A stretch of DNA of 64,000 nucleotides from Candidatus Omnitrophota bacterium (GTDB lineage Bacteria; Omnitrophota; Gorgyraeia; Zapsychrales; JANLHA01), in contig JBBRHV010000001.1 in the NCBI GenBank assembly GCA_038222225.1, forward strand, positions 13,864 to 77,863, in the 5' to 3' direction. The notes under the pieces are model-generated. The model saw only the letters and a program-made list of their open reading frames with translations. It ran no database searches and was not told the origin of the DNA. The translations under genes and the position numbers were made by a program. Below are positions 54,101 through 63,100 of this stretch, piece by piece; the first letter of the stretch is position 1, and each line of letters starts with the position of its first letter.

Positions 54101-57100
54101 GATCACCATGGGTATCCGCCGTTGGTATAAACAGCATTTCACGGATGATGTTCCGAGATTCTTTGAGAAGATCGATAGTTTTGGGAAGGAGGACACCATT
54201 AAAGATGTCCTATTTTCTGGGAAAACCAAACCTGAGCCAGCTGGTTTTGAAATGAACAAAGAGTTCAAGAAAAACGGAGTACAGCATGTAACAATTAATG
54301 GCCAGGATCTTACAGTCGGAAAAGAGGTTTTAACGGTAATGGATGTAAACGGAGTTTCTGAACCGACCGGCTATAAGGTTAAGGAAATATTCAAGAATAA
54401 GGTGGTTCTCGAAAAAGGAAAAGAAGATTTTATTGTACACAGAATGAATGCTTATTATGGAGCCGCCAGAATAGTAATAGTGGCAGTTGTAATAGGAGCG
54501 GTGTGGCTTATTCCGGGCAATTACCTTTATATAGGAATTATTCTCTTCAGCATTTTCTACCTGGGGTTAGGCTTTGTTTCAGATGCCAAGAATCTTTGGG
54601 CTAAGATCTTAAAACTCAAAAATATTCAGAAGATTCTGAACCATCCAAAAGTTAAAAAGATCCGGGATGATCAAGCAAAGAAAGCCAAAGAGCGTAAGGA
54701 TGAGCTAGCAAACGGCAAAGAGCGCTCAACAGCTGAAAAGGTTCGGGATTTTCTGACATTACCGAAAGGTAAAACTTTACGGGATATTATTAATCTTTAT
54801 ATGACAGGCATCATTGTCATGTTGATGTTGACCGCGTTGGGGGTTGTTACATCGGTTATTGTTGCCGCTCCATATACGGCCGGGTTGTTTATTCGTGCTC
54901 AGATCAAGTTCTTACGTCTGCCGTCTTTGGCGAAGTTTGTCGGCTGGTCTTCTCTTGTTATTTGGCTAAGTAAGCTGGCTGTTCCGGCAATCTTATTATA
55001 CACAGGCGGGTTTGCGGCATTTTTGGCCGTGGTTGGGTTTGAGGTTATCATCGGATCCTTCGCATCAGGGCTGTTCACCGGAGAGGCCGAGGATGCACAA
55101 TTGGCCTTAGATATTCGTTCGCTCCATGAGGAAAAATCTCAGAGTGTAAAGGGTACAAACAGCGCGGTCTTGGCTAATCAGAAGAATGACGGCAAGAAAG
55201 ACCTCGCCCGCACTGAAGACGGCGAGGCATTGAATGACGGACAAGAAGCTTTCTTAAGAACATTGATCGATCAATATCAGGATCAGATCGCCGCGGGTGA
55301 GCCGGTCGATGCTGCGGTCATTGAGAAAATTGCCGCTCTCCTCAGAGAGCAAGGGTATGTTCATGTTGCCAATGCTCTTCTGAGTAAAACCGTTGTCCGC
55401 GGGCCTCCGTCATTGTTTACTGATTTTGAAGAAAGCATCCATAGAGTCCTTCTGGGTACTATCACAGGGACTCACATCATCATCAATCCGATGATCCTTT
55501 CTCATCCGGTGGAATTAGCCCGCACGATCATTCATGAAGCGGGTGCTTCTGCCGGGTTGTCCCATAACGAAAATAAAGAACTCGAAAAATTAGCGCATCC
55601 GCTTTTGGTGGCGATCGACGGCCTCTCAGCAACAGGGAAGTCCGCCGTTAGCGGTTATTTAAGCAAAGACCTCAAATTTGTCAATATCTCCATCGGGTTG
55701 ATCTACCGTTTCTTCGCCGCATTTATCAAACAATCCAATTTTGCGGTGCTCAGCGATCTCGAATTTGAGCAGCTCCGCGAGATGGCTGAAAAGATCAGCT
55801 ATGTGAAGAATGAAAACGGCGAGTGGAATTTTGTGGTTAACGGTCAGGTGATCAACAGCAATGATCCGGCGTACTTTAATCCGGAAATTGAGAAAGCACT
55901 CAGCGAGCATCTCTCCAAAAAACTCCATCCGTTAGTCCTTCCGGTGGCCAGAAGAGTTATCCGTCAGGTTTTGGCCAGCGGTGAGAACGTTGTTGTTGAG
56001 GGTAGGATTGCCTGTGATTATATCGCTCCATTTGCTGATGTGAAATTGAATATTGTTGCAGAATATTCTGTACGCGCGCAGAGACGGATGGAGCAGCGCA
56101 TCGCGCAGCATGGCATAGAGAAAGCCTATATGGATGCCATAGGCACCAAGAACGCGGCAGAATACCAGCAACGGGTGAGAATGGTCGCCCATGAAATTTA
56201 TGAAAAAAGTGGGCATAAGCCCGGGAATGACCTGGCCAATTGGGCGGAGGCGGAAAAGAGGGTCAGAGCTGAAATGGCTTCTAAGATCGAAGAGGGAGCA
56301 AGGACAGTGGAGGCGGAAAAGAGGGTCAAAGCTGAATTGGCTGCCAAGATTGAAGAAGGATTGCGGAGACGCGATAGAAAAGATCAGGAACATTTACCGA
56401 AAGCGCCAGTTCAGCCCGGTAATGTTGTTGAGATCGACACAACGCATGCCCATGGTTTGGATGAGACCATTAGCAAGGTTCAGAAAGTTATTTCTCAGGC
56501 CTATCTCAGCGGACGAACAGGCCTCAGCCCGCAAGTCGCAGAGGTGACGCAGCAATTAGCATCTTTGAAGGCAGGCGAAGCTATTCCAGAAAGCTTGAAA
56601 CAGGCCATTTTGAAGGTCTTGCCGGTGATCGGTGAATTGAGCGAAGCCAAGATCGTTCACACGTTCCGCAATCTTGAATATCTGCACAGATTAGCAGCGC
56701 AGGATTTTGATTATTTCTACGATCACTTAAGCGAGCAAGAACGCGCCACGGTTGAACGGGCAGAATATGTGGCAGCGTTACAGAGCATCTATAAAGCGTA
56801 TGCAGCGTTAAGCGCACAGGAAAAAGAAGCGTTATGGCTGACTGTCGCGCTTCATGACATCGGATATATCCGTGTTAAGGACCATACCCACATGAGAGTC
56901 GGGGCTGAGATGGCTCGCCCGATTTTGGAAAACATCGGATTGAACCATGAGCTGATCGACCTTGTGGTCTTTACAATCAGCCAGCATGGTTCTATCGGAA
57001 ATTTGGCCCTGGGTGAAACAACTCCGAAGACAATGTTAAAGGCTTTAAGCGCCGTCAGCCCGGCTCTTCGGGCTGGACGTGCCCGGTTTGTCCGCCTCAT

Positions 57101-60100
57101 GAACAGCATGGATCTTTGCGGGTGGCATGTTGAAGAAAGCCGCTTGACGCTTTATTGGCAGAAGATTTTTGAACAATTCAGCTCAATCGCTCAATTAGAA
57201 GCCGCGGCACAGGCTGGAAATTATCATACACATCGTTTAGAGAAGTTCGCCCGCACAGAATTCGAAAAACAAGCCACACCGGAAGATCTTGAGAGATTAA
57301 ATCAGACTATCGAAAAATTAGTTTCTGAAGATGAGCGAGAACAATTCTATGCATGGCTCAATTCAGATATGTACATGGATTATTATGAGCCTATTTTCTG
57401 GGGCTTAAATCAAGGTGATCCGTCATATGTATCGCTGGTTAAGTTATTAAGGACATATTTCCACATTACAACTTCATTGAACGGGAAAATGCCAGAGCTT
57501 CGTCTCTGTGAGATCACGACAACCTTCCGGGAAATTTCTTCAAGTATGAAACGGCAGTATATTATTAAAGAACTGAAGGCGATTTTGGCGCTGATGCCCG
57601 AGCAGTTCACATTGAGTGATGCTACGGTCCATTTGTCAGGCAATAACTGGGTCCGGTTCTTTGGAATTCCGCTGATTCTGAGGGGCCAGTGTCTTGTGAT
57701 CGACTTCCAGTATCTTCACTTCCGTGTTTTATTGTTCAAGCTGCGCGAAAGAGTTGGTCTCAAGCGCGGGTTCTCCCGTAAAACCGGATGGCAGGTTGAA
57801 GAAGCGGCCATGGATTTCACAGGCCAGCAGCCGCTTGTTGAATCAACATCGGAAACAGCGATGGAACGCGCGCAAAAAGCGCATACGGTTATCAGCTGGA
57901 TCTACAGCAGCCATGAAGCCTGCAAGGCATTTGTGCAGTATCTTCGCGGATATGCTGTTGGGCACACATACCGCAATCGATTGATGCCGTTGTATTTTAC
58001 TGTTTATAATTTCTTGGCAGGCCGGGCATTGAACGACCGGAGGGTCTTGTCTGCGGTCGAAGCAGATTTGTTAAAAGGCAATGTCACAGTTCATCATCAC
58101 GCATGGTTCGGAAGCGATGATGTGGCGGTATCCAGAAGTAAACATGGTTCAGCGGTCAATGTGGCTCAGCCAGCTAAACGCACATTCCGTATTTTGGTTA
58201 TGGGTTGTGCCGAGAAACCGAATGGGCGCGGATCGTTGGATGTCCTGAAAGAGATCCTGGACAGGCTGCCGAACCGGTCTGAATATAATATTGAGATCGT
58301 CGGAAATGACATCGCCTTCCAGGAAGAGTTTTACGCATTCAATGACAAAGGGACATGTTTAGGAAAGCGCCATACGCGTTTTGAATTTGATGAAAACGGC
58401 GTTTTTGTTGACCCGAATTCCGGGATCAGGTATGTCCGTATTGATATTACGAAACCGGAAAACAATCTGTTAAGTGGAGAATTTACGCCGGACAGCGGGT
58501 ATGATGTTGTCATCAACTCAAGAATTGCAGTTCAATATGGGGATTACCCGGATAAAGTCGAGAGCATCAGAAAGAATTCATTGAAGATTATTAATGAAGG
58601 CGGGCTGCTCCTGTTTGATACGCAGGATACTGACCATGCCGAAGTTTGGACAAAGGGAAACAACGGCGAAGCAATTCAAATTGGGTTTGCTGTTCCGTAT
58701 ATTGATATTTGGTCAGAGAGCAAGCGCGTTGAGAAGATCCTGGCTCGTATCTATGATGTCAATGGGGAAGATGCCGAACTTGTTCGCCAGGCATTCCACA
58801 TGAGGCTCGCATTTGCCGGGACACAAGGTTTAGTATTCGCGAGGAGCATCCTGGCTCAATTCTTGGGGATCTTTGGGGAGCAGCCGATTGCAATTGCGGC
58901 ATTCCTGTTGCGCGGGATCAGTATGGAAGCTGTTCAAGAGGTTTTTGGAGAGCAAACAGCGGCACAGATCGCGGCGATCAATGGGCTTATTCCTGCAGCC
59001 GATGAAGTCGTGATCTCAAGGCAAGCGTTGTGGGCATTTGAGAATTTCAACAGCCTTGAGCATGTGGAGATCCTTCCGGCCAACGTCGGCGTATTGGAGA
59101 ACCGTCAGATGTTGTATCGTGACGGGTTGTATCAGATTGAAGCTGCTACCGTCGGTGAAAAAATGGTTTTGATTATAAGCAAAGTTACGCCGGAGCAAAT
59201 CACATCCAAGATCATTGCGTTGCATGGTGAATATGCGGTTAAATATCAGAAAATGATCGGTGCGACAAACAGCGCGGTTCTGTCAAGCCAGAATGATGAG
59301 AGCAGCGCCAAGGTCATGGATGCCGATGCATGGGCACTTGATGCTAAGAACGTGTTTGAAGATGCTATCCGTAGTCTGATCGCTAAAGCCAGCCAGATCA
59401 TTCGCTGGTTAAAGATCAGACTCTATGTGACAGACCGTAGCGACAAAGTAGTGGCTAAAGAACAGCAAAGAGTTGAAGAGATGCCGTTAGCCGCAGCCGA
59501 ACCTCAGAGACCGAATCGCGTGGGTTCAGTGGTTCATACGTCAAGTTCGCATGAACAGAATCCGAACATGGCTGTTTGGAGACAGTATTTCGAAGGCAAA
59601 CTTGCGGCAGGTACAAACGCAGCTGTTTCCGCGCCTGACCGCATGGGCAAAACAACTGCCGATTATGAAGCTGAATTTGCTGCACGGTTCAATGATGCAA
59701 CCGACGCTGCATGGCAACAATTCCGCGCCGCGGTTGAAGCCAGCCCGGCTGATTATGCTCCTGTCTGGGTGAAGATTTTAGAGAAGGCAAAAGCAGGTAA
59801 GTCGGTGGAAACCGGTAAAGTGGTTGAGTTTGGAAAAACAGTTGAGTTGGTTGAGTTGGGCAAAGCAGTTGAGTGGGCTGGATCAAATGCAGCGGTTAAT
59901 TTGGTAAAGGCAGAAGATGTAATCGTTCGGTTTGACCGGTTCGCATTCTGGGTTTATGGCGCTACTCAATGGCTGAAGATCGCGCTTCATGTGACCGATT
60001 ACAGCGATCGGGCCGTGGCTAAAGAACAGGTTCGCGTGGAAGAGTCCCAGCTTCAACCGACCGGTCCGCCGGTTGGCTCCATGAATGTTAATCGTTTGAG

Positions 60101-63100
60101 TCGTAAAGGTTCAGTGGTTCATACATCAAGCTCTGATGTGCAGAACCCGAACCTGCCGGTTTGGAGAGGTTATTTCGAAGGCAAACTCTCCGCAAGCACT
60201 AACGCCGCCGTTCTTTCATCTGACCGCATGGGCAAAACCTCCGTTGATTATGAAGCTGAATTTGTTGCACGGTTCAATGATACAACCAACGCTGCATGGC
60301 AGGAATTCCGCGCCGCGGTTGAAGCTCATCCGGCAGAATATTCTTCTGTCTGGACAAAGATCGCAGAAAAAGCAAAAGCAGCCAAGGCGCAGGCAGAAAA
60401 GCCGGTTGAGTCGAAAGGAACAGTTCAAACGGTTGAGTTGGGAACGGCAAAAACTCTAAACGCTGCGGTATTATCCCGCCGTAATTTCATTCAGAGCATC
60501 GCGGTTGCAGGTGCTGCGATTTTAGCCGGCGGATGCGCTTCGCCTACGGAAAAAATGCTTCGCGGATGGTCCAATCTTTCCATTGAAGAGCAGCGCAAAC
60601 AGATCGAGGGTATGAAGGCGATCGCCAGTGAATTTAAGGCCAAGGATACCCGTGAATTTCTAACAGAACCAGCTTTGAGGTTCCTGGAGACTCAAGCCAA
60701 GATTTCACGTAAAGACGCACTGTCTATTCGCATTCTATTCACGTCTGATGAGATGTCATCGGTAATCGGGGTGTCGACTGACGCAGGAACGATGACGCGC
60801 GCGAAATTGGGAGAATTAAGGAATCGTTTCTTAAGACATGTTCCGTCAATGAGGGCTGAGTGGCAGGAAGCCTTTGATCTGATGGAACAAAATATTTTTG
60901 ACGGTCGGGATGTGGTGGTTGTTCTCAGGGAAAGTTTATTTGATACAGAGGCCTTGGATGACTTTAGAATTGCTCAGGTTGTTCACGAAGCTGTGCATTG
61001 GGCGCAATTCACGTTCCGCAGTAAAAAGATGGGCCTGTCCTTCGGGAGGGGTGCTGAAGAATATCTCGAGCTTGAAATTGAGAAGGAAGCCTACGCGCTG
61101 CAGATGCTGTATTTGGCAGGGCGCGGAAAAACCTGGGCAACAATAGCCGTATTTTTCGCCGGAGATGCTCCGAGCGGAAAGGCGGAGGTTGACGGGCCTT
61201 TGGCCGCGGAATTTGAACAGACCCGGTTTGGGCACGGATTGAAACAAATTTGGGATACGCGCGTTGCGCCGAAACTTTCGTCGGGTAAAGCGGTTGAGTC
61301 GGAACCGACCAATTCCGCGGTAAGCACATTTGTAGTACAAACCAAAAGTCCGGTGCTAGGTACACAGGGACGAAACCAAACCGTCAAAGACGGTCAGTTG
61401 TTCAATGTCACGCAGCGTTGGCTAGAGCCGCTTGTTGATGAAGGGGCGACAACAGGCGATTCGCTTGAAGCCAACGCTGCGGTGACGAACTATTTTGAGC
61501 GTTCTTCTGACAGCATGACCTTCTCAGGAAAAGGGCGAGTTGTTCCGGCAAGAACGCGACAGCTTCCGCAGACAATTGAAGAAGATATGCTGCCGGCCTT
61601 GCCGGCCTCAAGTTTACCGGAAAATACGCCGGTGCGCGAGCTTCCGGCAATCCCGAGCTTACCAATAAACATTCAGTTGATCGTGCCGGTGTTTGGCGGC
61701 GCTAACGGAAATGGAAATGGAAAAAGAAGAGGTGGTCCGTATTCGATGATCGCCTTTGCCAGGACATTGGGCGGTTCACGCGCGAATTTAAGAGCTCCGC
61801 GCAGCTTGAATGCTGATAATTTTGGAAAACGACATTTGGTCAATTCGGCTCTAAGAGCCTCAGGCCGTAATTTTGCTTCAACAGGTTTGAGTGACGTGGC
61901 GCATGGCTCAAATGGCGACGATGCTAATAGCGCTGTTACAAATAGCGACGAAGATTCGGATGCAGACGCTGCCACGGGTGCGTCCAACGTCGAAGGTGTG
62001 CGCGCGGTAAGAGAGCGGCGGTTCAATGTGGCTTGGTTGAGTTCACGTTCATTTGTCGCTGAACATAAGGATGGAACATGGGCTATTGTTTTTGAGGACG
62101 ATCTATTTTATGGCGTGGTCGGCAACACGATGCTCGACACTGTTAAATTCCTCCAGAGTGCCGGATTCAAGAACGCGATGGTGGTGGATGCGGGCAGCCG
62201 CGGAGCGTTTACCGCCAAAGGAAAAGAAGGGGCTCTCTTTAGTGAATCGCGCGTTCCGGGCAAGGGGCCGTACACATATTTGAATGTCCTGTCGAACCAT
62301 GATTTCCCGAAGACTCCCGCACCGTCACAGAAACCGGTCGGGAAAAATCATGCCGTACTCCATGGCGGTCAAAACGAGAAGCGAAAATCAGCTGCTGCAT
62401 TCAGCAAGGGCGCAGCAGTCATATCCGGGACCAACGCTGCTTCACACAATCATCACCGGAATAAAGGGTCAAAGGATAAAAAGGGGATTCAGGCTAGGGC
62501 AGTTTCAGATAAGAGATCATCAGCGAATAATCCTCGAAACATGGGTCGCCGCAACTTTATCCGAAATGCACTGTTGGCGGGCGGGGCCGCGGGACTTGGG
62601 TTTGGCGCCTGGTTCTCCTTGCGAGGACGCGCGTTTGATCCTCTGTTCTGGAAGGCCTTTGGTTTGAAGAAGGATCTCGCGCTGTTAATAAAGTATTTGG
62701 AACAGGTCGGCGAATGGTTGCGTTATAACGGTTATGCGCACATGGATGTTGTTGAAGCGTATCTTCAGGCCGTCCGTGAAAAAGCCGAAGTCATTGATCT
62801 CAATATCGGAAGTCAGGTTTTTGGAAAGGCCGAGGATCCTGTTAGCGGAGACATTCATATTGAATTGAATATCGGGTCATTGTTCCGTATGGCCGAAGCG
62901 GTTCAGACCATTTCTAAAATCGCCCAGCGTGAGCAGGGGGCTGGCGCCGCAAACGATACGACCATGTTTGTGCAGGTGATTGTTGAATCGTTGGTCCGTG
63001 AAGCCTGGGGTTATGACCTGATGGTGCGCAACCGTCCCGGACGCAAGCAGTTCGTGAACGTCTTTAATGATCTCCGGCTAAAGATTCAGGAAGCGGACCG

